Made by a program: the position numbers and the translations under genes. This document shows, piece by piece, positions 50,688 to 64,000 of a stretch of DNA of 64,000 bases. The stretch spans positions 678,159-742,158 of the forward strand of contig RHPI01003156.1 in the NCBI GenBank assembly GCA_009103225.1, written 5' to 3'. Each line of letters begins with the position of its first letter. The first letter of the stretch is position 1. This stretch comes from Chlorokybus atmophyticus. Lineage: Eukaryota; Plantae; Mesostigma and Chlorokybus algae. Under the pieces are notes generated by a model. That model was not told the origin of the DNA. It ran no database searches and saw only the letters and a list, made by a program, of their open reading frames with translations.

Positions 50688-53600
50688 ATGGACTTGCTCC
50701 CGCACAATTTCGCGGAGTTCCGCTCTCAGACGTACTGGGACGGTTTCTTTCGCAAGGTTGGGTGTCGGCGTTGTGCTGATATTGGCACGCATTGCAAGGA
50801 AGCAGCACAAGCAGCAAAATGTGTTTCAATTTGTCATATTCCTTAGATTCGTCGAGACTGTTCAACATGCACCACTGCATGCAAGCTCTGCATGCATGCT
50901 GGTTCTTATGGCAAACAACAACTGGAGTCCTTCAGCACGTGTGTTTCATCGCAGCAGTAGTTGGAAGTGTATACGTTTGATCTTGCCGTTGCTTGTTGAA
51001 CCGGTCATTTTTGAATGCGAGCGACGTGCTGCAACCAGCTGTAGTGTAGCTTTTACATGCTGCACAGCACGCATTGCGCTTGGTGGCCTTACAAGCCTGC
51101 TTGCGTCCTCCACTACTTAGCAACTCAGCAAGCACGAACCGGTATGCGATTGCTTTTACATTGCAGCCAGCAGCAGGAGCAGCAGCAGCAGCGGTAGAGG
51201 TAGGAGTAGTATGGCTGCTGGCCCAGTAGAACCAGCTGTGTTAGCTGTAGGCGTGCAGGGCATGACAGTAGTAGTAGCGGTAGCACTACGTATGCACCAG
51301 TTGTAGCTTACTCAATGGCGGGCGTAGTAGTGCCAGTGGTCCTCAGCGGTGTTAGGCGTACTTGTACTAGTCTAGATATTGGTATTACATGTTTGCACTA
51401 TGACTAGTAGTAGCTAGCTTACGACACCTTTGGCTGCCCACCTTTCAACTTGACTGGCAAAGGAAAAAGCGTATGTGTGTATGCGTGGGTGGAGGGGGGG
51501 GGGGGGATATAACAGCACATCACGGTAGGGTTGTATGCGACTTGTAGTACTTTTCATGGTCCGCGTAGGTTGCATGTAGTGCACATCAAGTGAGGTGAAG
51601 TTACTGGGGCTCAGCAGTTGTGGAACAACGACTAAACACAACTCCAAAAACACAATACAATATCGATCTTCCAATTGGACCAGTGCCAACTTCATCAACC
51701 AGCTGATTGCATTCGTTATTGCAGCGTAACAGCATACCATTTGAGTGGTATGGCGACTGGCAGCAGCTGTCCGCCTTCGTGCGCCCCATGTGCGCGGGCG
51801 AACAGTCTGAAAAGGAGAAAGAGGTGTTGATTGTCGGATGCGGTAACTCGGAGCTCTCCGCTGAAATGTATGACGGCGGCATCGAGAAGATCACCAACAT
51901 CGACTTCAGCAAGATTTGCATTATGGAGATGCTGAAGAAGAATGTCCGCGCGCGCCCCAAGATGCGCTGGCTTGTCATGGACATGACAGCCATGCAGGTG
52001 CCATGCAGCTTGAAGTCTCTGCAATAAATGATCTACTGTTGGAAATTGCTAAGATAATTCTGTCTGCAGTTTCCGGATGCAAGCTTTGATGTGGTTGTTG
52101 ACAAGGGTGGCTTGGACGCGCTGATGGGCGAACCAGGTGAGGATGCGGAGGCTTCCGGCGGCAAGTTGCTGTCAGAGGTGAGCCATGTGCGCATGCGCAT
52201 ACACGCATGTATGTTGCTATTACACTATATCATGACTACTTTTTAATTGTGCTGTGTGTCGCAGGTGTGCAGGGTAGTGAAACCCCACGGCGGTTGCTAC
52301 GTATGTGTAACTCTGGCTCAGGAACATGTGCTCGGTATGCAGCATACACATGAATATGGTTGTTGCTGGAGCATACAATAATGGCCTCCTGTGGGAGCTT
52401 ATGGTCATGCCCGTGCGTGTGCTCAGACTTGCTGCTCTGGAAGCTCAGATCTGGATGGTCAGTTGATATTTTCCGAGTACCACCTGTGGTGACTGGCAAC
52501 ATGATCCCATCTCCGTTGCACACCTTTGTGGTTGTTGCTACTTCAGACCCTGCTTGTTTCAAGGTTAGGTTCTGTATACAGCTGGATTCTATGTACAGCT
52601 GCAACTGAGGTTATACCTGCTGACTTGTTGTGTGATTGCTGCAGCCAAGCATAACGCTCGGTTTCCCTCGCGAGTACAGTGCTGGTGGCAACGCAACCAG
52701 CCTGGGCCAGGCACAATGCTTGTTGATTGTCGCGCTACTGTAAAGCTGTTGAGCTGCACAAGTTGGCAGATGGTTACCGCGTTGACTTGCTTTGAACCTT
52801 GGCTGTCTGCAGCATGAGGGTTTGCTTCAAGCTGTTGACAAAATGCTCGCACTCAGCAAAGACATTGTTGTCGAGGACTTTGAACGCCTGGTCCCGGGCC
52901 GCAGACTGGTACTACAGCAAATTGCATGGTATCATGTCAAGTTGTCAATGCATGATAATCCTACAAAGTGCCTTTTTCAGACTGTACATGCTTGAAAAAA
53001 ATCGTGAGCATTCTGATTAATGTGAAGGTGCGAGACTTGACAGAAGACCAGTTGACTGGCGCTCTCAATCCCAAGTCTGCGCGCCGCTTATCAGCAAAGC
53101 GGGCTGTGAAAACAGGCCAGTCAGTAAGTCCTGCTGCAGACGTGCAACAACTAACAGAAGGGATGCCTGAGCACGCGGTAAGAAAACACTCTCTGACAAG
53201 GCTGTGTGGCACCAGACACAACGCAAAAGCAGTCGGTACACTGCGGTTATTTTGGATGCCTCAGATGTGGATCCCAATGCTCGTCCTGCCCCAGGCTGTG
53301 CCGTGTTTCTTGTGCCACAGGTACGCGCCTTAGCAGCATGTTGCTGCCTACCCACCTGCTTTGCTGTATACAGTGCATGCACCAAACAATATGCACGCAG
53401 CCCTCTTCTCTTGCTTGTCACCTTGTGCTGCCATATTGTGCACAGGGGCGAGAGCATGAATGGCTGTTCTCATCCGTAGAAGGACAATGGCAGCTCCTTG
53501 AGCAGACTGGCATGGCCCGGTTGATACTGGTACGGTGCTGCAGTTCTGTGCTTACTGTATCAGCGGTGTAACACTTCCCAATGATGATTCATAGTGATTG

Positions 53601-55981
53601 CGACTGTCCGCTACGCTGTATCACTGACTGGTTGTGCATGCTTGTACAACCTGTAGGTTGCGTTGAACAGGGGTCACCAGTTTGGGGACCTTGCACAAGT
53701 GCAGGTACGTCTTGGCGGTTTTCCTTATGCTTATTTAATTTGCTGCCCAGCTGTCTAACACAACCTGGCAAGTTCTGAATGGATGCCATCTATTCGTATC
53801 ATTTCATCCCAGTTATGATCAGGCGGAGTTGTCTCCTCTCGTGCTACGGCTTGTGCCTGAGAAGTACAGAAACAGTGACATTCCAATCCCGTAAGCGGCA
53901 AGGGTGTTATTTGCTGCAGCCGCTAATTGTCAATATGTAATCATGCATCTTCCAGCACATGCATTCCTGCTGCTGAATTCAATTCAATGTGCAGTTACTT
54001 GACCACTGACTCCGGTATTGGGCATCGTATAGTTCTGGAAGAGGTACCAAATTGCATATGAGAGTTGGTTGCGGGCAAATTGTTGCATGAACAGAGTCAT
54101 GAGTGATGTTGTTACTTGTGTTTGCAGGTAGAGTCAGCGCTATCTGGCCGCATCACAGTTGAAGACGTCGAGCTGCGAAGCTCTATGACCACCAGCAGTA
54201 GTAACGGTAGCCATGGAGACCCAGGCATGTTCAGAAGAATGGTGTTCGCACGCAATCCCAATCTGATACAGTCAGAGGCTGTGCTGGTTCCGCTGTCATC
54301 GTATGAACCGGTCGCGGCACGCACAACTGGTACTCGAGTACCTGGTAAGCATGGCGCATCGTCTCAAAGCGAATCGCATCATTGTTGATGGTTTGGTACC
54401 TATCTTTTGTGTCTGTTCTACTCCTCTGCAGGCCGACACACAGCTACCACAGCTGCCAAGAAGAAGCTGGATTTGGCTGCTGGTCTTGCGGGGTTGTCGC
54501 TGAATGAAAGGCTGGTAGATCACTCGCAACTGGCCAGTGACTATCACCAAGCAATGATTGCAGGTACCTGCGCTGTGCTCCGCTTGGAGCGATGTTGTAC
54601 TGCTAATGTATGCCTTAGTCTATAAGAGGCTTACTGTACAATTGCATCTAACTTTTTCAATGTTGTTTGCAGGTCTCAGTTTGGTTGCGTCTGGCCTGGA
54701 AGAGCGCATAGCTTCTGGTCTGCCAGTGAGCGGTTACTGCCATCTCATGCTTTGATAGCGGCTTTGCAGTGGGTTACTCAAGTTGTGTTGCCAGCCTTGA
54801 AGGCTCTCATTGATTGCTTACAGATTCAAGCAGTTGTTGTCGGTCTTGGAGGTGGAGCACTGCCTATGTTTCTGTTGCGACATTTCCCATTTGACATTCA
54901 GGTAGGAGAACCAGCATCCCCTTTTCAGTGTGCTGAATGTTATGGTAGACATTTGGTTTTGTCAACCACCTTGACAAGGCATGCTGGCTGTGTCCACTCT
55001 TCCCAAAAACGGCTAGATTTCTCTCAGGTAGCTGAGCTGGACCCAGTGGTTATTGACATGGCTGTTCGCCACTTTGGCGTGAGGCAGTCATCAAGACTGC
55101 AGGTAAGGTTCTTGCTATCCGAACGCACAGTGATAAGCACGCTCCTGTGTATGCAGTTCGTATGTACACAAGCTAACCGGCAGGTTACAGTCCAAGATGG
55201 TGTGGCAGCAGTATCCGCCATCGCTATCGCTGCAAGTGTAGATTCCGACACGGGCTCGAACGAGGACCCGCGATTGACTGACACCACGCAGGCCTTGCTG
55301 GATATCATAGTGGTTGATGCGGATTCTGGGGATGCAAGGCAAGTAGCAAACAGTTTGGCTTTCATTCGACTTGGCTGCTTGAATTGCTTAGGTCGTACGT
55401 CTGATATCTGCCTTCACTCGCTATGCAGCTCTGGCATGAGTTGCCCGCCTCCAGAGTTTGTGGCATTGCCGTTTCTGCAAACGGCAAAGACGGTCCTCAC
55501 AGAGACAGGCGTGTTGATGATCAATACGTGTGCTCGATCAAACTCTTCGTACGAGGCAGCTCTTGAAGCTGTTCTGGAGGTACTTAAAGAAGCAACCGTA
55601 CACACATGCGCGCATGCATGCATACACTTACTGTGCAAGTTTATGTTGTGTTTGTATGGGTCTCTTACTGCATGCAGCATTGTCATGGGGAATGCTTCAG
55701 CGTGAGGTTGTAGACTGGCTGGGTAGTGAGCCAATGGAATTGTGCCACAGGTATTCCCTGCCGTGTACACAGCAAGCATGGAAGGTGATGTCAACAGGGT
55801 ATTGTTTGCGCTGCCAATCAAGCCAATGCAACCAAACGCAAAGCCTGCAGCGCTTGCAGAACGGCTCGAGTCCCTCGCATCCTCCCATGCACCGTGGGTC
55901 AAAACACTGAACCTGGTCAAGCTTGTGGAGACACTTACACCCGCAAAGCGGCGCGAAGCGCAAATGACAAGCTCTTCATAA
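50688..55981 (+). CDS. METTL13: eEF1A lysine and N-terminal methyltransferase (METTL13), two methyltransferase domains
   Basis: MDLLPHNFAEFRSQTYWDGFF|...FEWYG...VLIVGCGNSELS..MYD.G...ITNIDFS; FDVVVDKGGLDAL; FLVPQGREHEWLFSS.EG; FRRMVFARNPNLIQSEA; YHQAMIAG; VVGLGGGALPMFL; ELDPVVIDMA..HFG; DIIVVDADS; GMSCPPPEF; NRVLFA. Confidence 0.93.
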
Positions 55982-56602
55982 TGCAATTGCAATGTGTGTG
56001 GCACTGGTCGCGTGAAGAACTGGTAGAGAGGCTCGCGCTCTGGTCATGTCTGTTGAGCTGTAATTGGGTATTGCACTGTCGTTGATCTCCATTGCACTTG
56101 GTGCAATTTCGCACGCCTCTCCAATGTGTCTGGTGGTACCGTAAGCGCAATGTTGCTCTCTCAGTTGTAACGACAGCTTTGGTCCTCGCGCAAGTGAAAT
56201 TTTTGCCAGTATAACTGTTATGCACCTGCAATCCTATGTGAGCGCATGTGCATGTATACATAGAGGGTAAGCTGGTATAAGTGCATGCAAGGTATCACCA
56301 CAACATGTGAGCACTCTATGCATGTGCATGCATAGAAAACTGTAGGCTTGCAAGTCTGGTGAAACAAGCACTCAACATGATGCGAGCAGTCCTTATCAAC
56401 TGCAGCAACCAGCAGTGGTGTCAAGTCCGGGTCCTGCTGTGTATCTGCGTATATGTCAAAAATATAACTGTGCTGTTCAACTTGAGAGAGGGACGGACTG
56501 CTTGGATCTTTTGTACACCCGTAGCATGGCACCCTACAATCTGCACTGCCAGCTGGCGGAGTGCTGTGAGCGACAGGGGCGGTGGCGTCGGGGGCGGCGG
56601 CG

Positions 56603-58725
56603 ATGGACCGCCAGGGGTTCATGGCGGTGTACCAGGAGCTTGTGCATGAGGTTGCCAGCGATCCCCTGCTGGCGGGTCTGCCTGAGCGGGCGCGCGCATG
56701 GGTGACCCGCATGGTGGACTACAACGTCCCTGGCGGCAAGCTCAACAGGGGCCTCATGGTGCCGGAGGCCCTCAAGCTGCTCCTCGGTGACGCCGCCGAC
56801 GCCGACGCTCTCGACCAGGCTGCTCGCCTCGGATGGTGCATTGAGTGGCTGCAGGTGAGTGCATGGTCTCACACAACAATGCACATAGGCAGGAGGTGCG
56901 CGTTGAGCGCAATTTCATGCAGCTTGCAGCACAATCAGTCGTTTATTTGGAGTGAATTCTAGCAACAAGCATGTACAGAAGCGGTACCGACTGAAAGCTT
57001 GTTGTGCTTAGCCTGCATGAGACAATGCACGTAACCAGCAACACGGGCTACAGCGCCATGTTCAGTCAATGCGCCCTCAATCTTCTGGGTTGCAAATGTC
57101 CTCAACAAAGGCAACGCGCTTGTTGAGTCAGTAGCTGTTAGTGTTGCTGCAGTGTGTTAAGAGAAGCAGCTCACAGCACCCGTCTGCACATGCTTCTACT
57201 CTTACCCAAAACCACGGCTGTTGAACATGACCAGATTTGGCCACACAGAACTGCTGCAGAAAGTGCATGCATGGATGAGTGCAATTGTGCTATGCCACTG
57301 ACAAGCATAATCCAAAAACAACGCAGGCTTTCTTCCTGGTGGCTGATGACGTGATGGACAAGAGCGTCACTCGGCGCGGTCAACCCTGCTGGTATCGCGT
57401 GGAGGGTGTTGGGCTCGTGGCGTGCAACGACAGCATCCTGCTTGAGAGTCAGATATATCGCATCCTCAGGAAGCATTTTAAGTCAACGCCGATCTACACA
57501 GATTTGCTGGACCTTTTCCATGAGGTCACCTTGCTCACCTCAGTTGGTCAGATGCTGGACCTCATTACTACACCTGAAGGTCATGTCGATCACGCGCAGT
57601 ACACTATGGAAACGTAAGTCACACCGTGTGTCTCACGTGTAATAATTATTACACAATTACTACTTATGCAATCAATGGCACGGAACTGCTACTATGTGTT
57701 GCAGGCACACACAGATTGTCACGTACAAAACCGCCTACTATTCGTTCTACTTGCCGGTAAAGCCTTGCTGCCTGCCTTTCTGCCTTAGCCGTAGCTGATG
57801 GATTTGTTTTTTGAGGGCTGTTTTTCGAGGGCTTTCTCTCACAGCTGTTGCATGGCCCTCGCAGGTGGCCTGCGCAATGTTGTTGGCAGGAATCAATGAT
57901 GAAGCGCACTTTGCATCTGCGAAGAACATCTGCTGTCAACTCGGGCAGTACTTCCAGATTCAGGTGCACTCCAGGTGATCAGCAATTGCTTGTGACTAGA
58001 TACGCACGGACAGGCAAATTGACTTATGCTGACTAACTCGCTCCATCGTATTGTCCTTGCCAGGATGACTATCTGGACTGTTTCGGTGACCCTTCTGTGA
58101 TTGGAAAGGTACAGCTTGTGACAGGTCCATTGTGTTGTATTGTTGCTCAAATCACGCATCTGCGCAGGTTGGCACGGACATTGAAGACAACAAGTGCTCT
58201 TGGCTCGTGGTGCAAGCACTGAAGCGTGCAAACCCTCAGCAGAAGCAGTTGTTGGAGGTGTAGTCGTGTGTTGCTGTGTGTTGCTGTGCCTGCTGCATCG
58301 AGCCCTCACCATGCCATTGTGTTGAGTCCCGGTTGCTGCAATCGCTGCAGGAGAATTATGGAAAGCATGACTCGAATGCGGTGGCTGTCGTCAAGCAGCT
58401 GTACAATGACCTTCAATTAGAGGTGACTTGTCAGCTGTGGCCACATTTGCATCCGTTGTTGATCTGCAGCATATGCCTTTGCAAAGCTCTGCCACAGGAC
58501 GCATTCAGAGCTTACGAAGATGAAAGCTACTCGCGGATATCGTCAGCGATTGCAGAGGAACGGAATGCCGGCTTACAGGTACAGATGCCATGTAATGGCG
58601 CATGTTATGTTGAAGGTATCTGCTAGTTTGTAGGCTTGCAATAAACTGCTACATAGGTGACCACTTGGCTTGTGCAGGCCGTATACACCGCATTCTTCCG
58701 AAGGATCTACAAACGGGAAAAGTGA
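56603..58725 (+). CDS. FPS: Farnesyl diphosphate synthase (type I trans-prenyltransferase)
   Basis: [12 protein letters not shown]; GWCIEWLQ|[11 protein letters not shown] (first Asp-rich motif with FF upstream); RRGQPCWYR; GQMLDL; [14 protein letters not shown]; GQYFQIQ|[10 protein letters not shown]; [12 protein letters not shown]; ends IYKREK* (TGA 58723-58725). Confidence 0.96.
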
Positions 58726-60535
58726 CAGTTTTGTTACCGTCTAGCTATGATTATGACACAGTTGGCAACGAACATCCACAACGACTAAAGGTCGATAGTT
58801 GTCATCTAATTGCACACGTGTGTAGCAATTGGCGCTCAACCCCTGATAAGGCGGGGTATCGCAGAGATGCATGCATTGACAATCGAATCAGAACATTGGT
58901 AACAATTGTGTTCAAAGTCTTAGCTTCTCAACCAGCTCGAAGCCAAGATAACATAAGCCTCGTTGTTGAAGCAGTGGGATGCGGTGCACAACAGCGTGCC
59001 CTTTCCATGGTTGCCCACTTGTGGATGTTGCTGAGGGCCCTTTCCCTTGTAGTGCGACCGGCCTGTGGCTAACAGCCAGCAGCCGGCCACCTGCAAGCCC
59101 TGTTTGTGCCATGAGGTGGGGTGAGCATGTTGGATCTCTTGATCTGCTGCCTTTGGTAGTAAAACCGCTTGTGCGTGTAACATGTATTGTGCTGAGCAAT
59201 AGCAAATTCTAGAAAACCCACAAGGTGTGCTGTGTTTGTTTGGTAGGTGTGATGCTTGCTTTATGCTGTTGGTGATGGTTGTGTCACTTGATTGTGCTGC
59301 CACACGAGCACGTGTGTGTACGCGCGAGCGGCATTGACCATTAGTATACACACGGCAAGCGCGCACCACACCCCTTTCAGTTGGTGGTCGCGTCTCGAGA
59401 CTGCAAGCTGACCCTCTCACGCGTCTACTAGTAGTACACTCACACGTATCAGCGTACACATCCTCGTTGCAAGCATATCTAAGCTCTTTCACTCGCAGTG
59501 GAAGAAAGCCCTCACACCAACACCATGCTCCTATCCCAAGTTGTTGAAAAGGACATGCTCCATTAGTTGTTCACTCCCGCTCCCAATGGGTACAAGAAGT
59601 CTCGTTGAGATAGCAAGTCGTAGCTCCTTCGGGGGTGATCCCTCAGTTATAAGGCAATGAACACCAATTGCAAGGATGGTTTAACCTCCATCACTTCAAG
59701 TTACTGTAAGTTACAGTAAACGTGATATCACATTGAGTGAAGGTATCATATCTCATCGTGTGAGGTGAGTCACTGCAATTTGCTTCATTGGCCCTCAAGC
59801 TATCTTTTTTCTTTTTCCTTTCCTGACCACATGTGTGATCCCCAATCCTGGTCTGCATCCCATGCTCGCCACCACTCTCGCTACAAGGAGTCATATCACG
59901 TTAGCACGAATTGTGATGAGCGAATATACGTTCTAGCTGAACTGCATCAAACTTTGATGCAAGATTGTGACGCAACAAGGGCTCACCACGGTTTTTGCAA
60001 CATTGTTTCAAACAACACTGTGGTATGGCATATTACACATCACAAGCTGAAACAATTGTGATGCTTGCCATGTCCATATGTACATATTATCGGAATGCAT
60101 TTTAACAACACAAGCCAAGTTTCAACGGATCCATTGCATTGATGTTGCAGTTTTAGTGTTTGTTAGCAATGGGTTGTTGATGGTTTAATAGTAAAGATAG
60201 GTACAACAAAGGATGTGTACATTAATTCCCGATTGTAAACACACATATGTTAAGTAATGAAAGTGGGCGAGCTTGTAATATGTTGGAATTTCATATTTGC
60301 TGCTTGTATTCTCCATACTCTCAGCCTCCGCAATATATTCCAAACTCACATGTATGTGCATGTAAGATTTGAAGTCACGTACCCAAAACAAATTCACATA
60401 GCGTGAAATGTCATGTTAGAGCGCACCCTTGCATGCTCAGCAAAAAGCCTCTCATGACTCTGTCTCATTGAAAACGTGTAATAAATGTCTTATCGATTTG
60501 TGCGATGCTTTGACCAGTACTGTCACGACTTGGGA

Positions 60536-60658
60536 CAGATCCAACTCATGATAGTGTCTTTTACTACCATAGCCTAGTGGGAGGGCCCCAATTGTTACAA
60601 TGGTAACGGAGCTTGACGTCTCAGGTTCAACTCCCGTAGGCGACTGATGCAGATCCAA
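60536..60658 (+). mobile_element. Short tRNA-derived, Pol III-type SINE-like insert with a 9-bp flanking direct repeat
   Basis: A-box TAGCCTAGTGG at 60570-60580 and B-box GGTTCAACTCC at 60624-60634. The cloverleaf stems pair poorly. cagatccaa occurs at 60536-60544 and 60650-60658. Confidence 0.6.
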
Positions 60659-60969
60659 GACAAAAATAGAGCATTTGGGGCGGCTTGCCCTAGGCTGGGA
60701 GCGGGATCACGACCTGCGTGCCGAGCCAGTTCAACGTAAGGCCGCGTGAGCGGTCGCGCTGCGATGGTAGGTCGTGCGGTGAGAATGGCCGTTGGGTCGA
60801 TCGGGACCGTTCGTGGGCCAAATTTGACAGGCCGCGGGCACAGCGATCATGGTACGGTCGTTCACACGGCGACGTGGGCTAGTGCCTTATTGGATTATGA
60901 GAAACTCATGGGTTAAATTGGGGAGGAATGTCACGAATTGAGATAAACTGTGATAGACCTCACTTACGG

Positions 60970-61018
60970 TAGTGTCTTTTACTACCATAGCCTAGTGGTC
61001 GGGCCCCAATTGTTACAA
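60970..61018 (+). repeat. Truncated second copy of the 5' half of the tRNA-like element
   Basis: 49 bp nearly identical to 60552-60600 (A-box present, B-box absent). Confidence 0.85.
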
Positions 61019-61459
61019 CTACTGTTTAATAATGATTAGGCAACATTGTTCACTCACCACCACCACCACCACCACCACCACAACAACATCAAGTCGTAGC
61101 TAAACGATAGTACGATAGAGCAGCAACATTCACGACGCATCCCTATTGAAAAGCCTACACCTCGTACACACCCAATGCAAGCACAAAACACATGGCAACC
61201 GGCAGGGTGCTTGTGAAGTAGGGTTGGGAACTAACTATTATGTTAGGTAATTACTTGTTAATATAACGTGCTTTTCAATTTATGTTTAAACTTGTCCATT
61301 TCAATAACAAAATCTGCTCCAACGTAATCTTATTGTTGGTTACGAGTTATTAAATATAGCGGTGTTACAACTGTTCAATGTTAATGCACATGTTGTGACA
61401 GCGTTGATATTAAGCAGCTTAAAGCTCGATTGTCTTCACTCGATCAACACAAACCTTCA

Positions 61460-61740
61460 GCATCGCTATCTGAAGTATGTATAATGCACACATATACATA
61501 TAAATACATAGGGATACATGTATATATGTATGTGTAGTATACATAATATATAATATACGTTGTGTATACACACACATATATTCGCGTGTATGTATATAAA
61601 TGTATATATATACACATATGTATATGTATAATATGAATGTATATATATGTATATATATGCGCATATCTTTATATATATATACATATATGTGTATGTGTAT
61701 ATAAATACATATATATACATTCATATTATACATACACAGG
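61460..61740. repeat. AT-rich (TA/TG/CA)n low-complexity tract
   Basis: Directly visible degenerate dinucleotide repeats. Confidence 0.9.
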
Positions 61741-62348
61741 TTTTGTGTGACATATTTATTTAATTTTAATTTGTGTTTTTGTTCATATTTGTTCGTGCTG
61801 AGCTTGATCATAAATAAGGCTTTTGTGTTCGTCATGACCAAATATTGCTATCCTAACAACATAGTAACGATATGGTAATAATTGTGATTGGTTCGTTAGA
61901 CGAAGCCAAAATCTGCTGAGTTCCCAGGCCTATTATGAAGAGGTTGTGGATTACAACTTGTAATCGCTTCATGCGGGGAGGGGGGTCGTTGCAGTATTCC
62001 AATACCCATTCTCCCGCCCCCAACAGTGCTGCAGGCACGTGATCGCACTCTGGCCGCTCCGGCCTGGCCCCTGCGGCGGGCGGGTGATCGCGGGTGCCAG
62101 GCCAGGCCGGGCCAGGCTTGTACTTGGCCAGAAACCAGGTCTAGGCCAAGGAGGCTATTCTGCTACTAGTGGTAGCCTACCACAACAAATACAGTTGCCT
62201 CCTTACTAGTCTACTACGCCGCCGCTGGCCGAGCCTAGCTGGGCCAGAGCAACGGACCAGGCCGCATCCAACCTGGTAGCCCAGCCTCCGCCCAGCCTGC
62301 ACCAATCTGGCCTAGCCTGGTGTGTGACTGGTCTCCTCCATCACAGTC

Positions 62349-64000
62349 ATGGAGTGGCAGCCGCTGGGCCTCCTGGCCGCCGCCGGCGGGGAGGAGGCGG
62401 CGGACCAGCTGCTGCTGGCGGTCCGGACGGCCCTGGGACCGCTGCTGCAGAGCGCCGGAGGAGGACGAGGTGTAGGAGGAGAAGGAAGAGGAGATAACGG
62501 CCAAGAGATCCTCAGACTCACCTGCTTGGCAGTTGGAGATTTGCAGCAGGTTGTGTCCTGCTGGTGGTATTGTTGGAGCACTACTAGTGCAAGATAGTAG
62601 TAAGAGAAGTGGTAGCTATCATCTCTGTTGCTGTTGTTGTTGTCTGCGACTATGCATGTTTGGTATGAGGTTCTGTTGTTTTGATTATGTTTGAACGTAC
62701 GGTTTTCTGATCTTTTTGAGAATGCATGCAGGATGCAGCGGGTGCGGAGCTCACGCCTGAGCTGTTGTGCAGACTAGTCACAGGTAACAGACTTCTTACA
62801 CTGTGCGCACAACACTGCAGGCATTGGATGTGCAAGGCTCACAAACAAAGAACGTATAGACAGAGATCAGCATACACCTGTGTTGATACCCAATCTGATT
62901 TATGTCTCAGCGCGGATGGATGCGGACAAGGCCGCATGCTTTGACGCCGAGAAGGCCCGTCGTGAAGCGGCCTTTGGTGAAGCCAACCGCCTGTTTGAGG
63001 TAGTGACCTTCATGCGACTGTGAACATGCAGATGCGTGCGTGTGCGTACGTGCATGCGGATAGGTGTGCAGGAGTGTACATGTGCTCGTGTGCCTGTGCG
63101 CATGTCTTCTTGTAAAAGTGTGCGCGCGTGTGCGTGTGCGTGTGTGTGAGCGCGTGTGTGCGCAGGTGCATATAAGTGCGAGTGCATGCATGTGTGCATG
63201 TCTGTGTCTGTGTCTGTGCATGCCTGTGCAGCACAAATACATACCCTCTCGCATTTTCTGTACAATAAAGAGAGACTCATTGCCACATACACACAGGAAG
63301 CCAAAGCTGATCTGGAGGCAGCGAGAGTGAAGCTGGCAGAGGCAGAAGCCAAGCAGGCAGCGAGTTCAGAAACAGTAAGCGCAGAGACCGCACCAGACAA
63401 CCCACCAGAGCCAATACCAGTAGCCAAAGAGAAGCCGAAAGACAAGCCCACTCCCGCAGCCGCTGCCGGAGCCAAACCCACAGCGAAAGGGAAGCCGATT
63501 CCAGAAGCCGTAGCCGAACCCGTGCTCACAATCCCGCAGCTCCAAGCCGATATTGACAAACATACCCAAACACTCCAACTAACACAACAACACAAAGACT
63601 CGGCAGAAAAAGCCCTCTCTGCCAGCTTCAGAGCAGTGTGGGTTTACTGGCTCGACGTATCGTCCTTCGCTCCCGACGCCAACGCGCTCGCCAACCTACT
63701 CGACCACGGCTTCCCCGTACACGCCGTCCTCGCGCTTAAGAACAACAACAATGTTGGGTCGATGCCTCAGTATGTGAAGGACCTCGTGCGCATGCAGCGG
63801 GCGAGCGCGGATGTTGGCGACGCCACTAGGCGTGTGGCGGTGGTGGAGGTGGATGTGGGCAAAGAGGAGGAGGAGGAGGAGAACAACAAGGAGGAGAAGC
63901 AGGAGGAAGAGGAGGGAAAGGAGGAGAAAGACAAGGACAAGGAGAAGGAGAAGGAGAAGGAGAAAGAGGTTGTGACTGAAGATGACGTGAAGAGGAATAC
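62349..64000 (+). CDS. 5' part of a large gene running off the window; resembles the N-terminus of flagellar central-pair protein PF6/SPAG17
   Basis: Spliced reading MEWQPLGLLAAAGGEEAADQLLLAVRTAL...|DAAGAELTPELLCRLV|...AKPTAKGKP...VWVYWLDVSSF...LANLLDHGFPVHAVLAL... followed by a Glu/Lys-rich tract. The order of segments recalls the SPAG17 N-terminus. The coding call is solid; the family call is tentative. Confidence 0.7.

Noticed and set aside
38371-58725. DGK-DGK-METTL13-FPS as a biosynthetic gene cluster
   Set aside because: These are unrelated housekeeping functions. The prenyltransferase has canonical FPPS motifs, and no tailoring enzymes are adjacent.

Overview
Eukaryotic nuclear DNA with many short GT-AG introns rich in (CA)n/(GT)n/(GC)n. 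It is probably from a green alga or early streptophyte; this is an inference from the plant-type AVT1 and DGK1 genes and a possible flagellar PF6/SPAG17 gene. Most ORF-track entries are microsatellite or antisense artefacts, so genes were reconstructed by eye across introns. The window has two parts. Bases ~1-20 kb hold one intact METTL22 gene among decayed or duplicated material: a C-type lectin/ConA-like pseudogene whose 5' lectin exons lie in a 515-bp internal inversion bounded by a 6-bp inverted repeat, a frameshifted bacterial-type PQQ-sugar-dehydrogenase/PKD gene, an inverted METTL22 pseudogene copy, an inverted diverged ~1.3-kb duplicate pair and an EGF/PAN gene fragment. Bases ~20-64 kb hold apparently intact genes: AVT1, a ~9-kb gene for a giant secreted LamG-filamin-Kelch-DUF2341-Kelch protein, SENP8/NEDP1, two convergent DGK paralogues (one lacking the conserved C-terminal tail), METTL13, farnesyl diphosphate synthase and the 5' part of a PF6/SPAG17-like gene. 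There is also a tRNA-derived SINE-like insert with a 9-bp flanking direct repeat. Three assembly gaps are present. Exon boundaries and domain calls are from manual reading and recall, not database searches.
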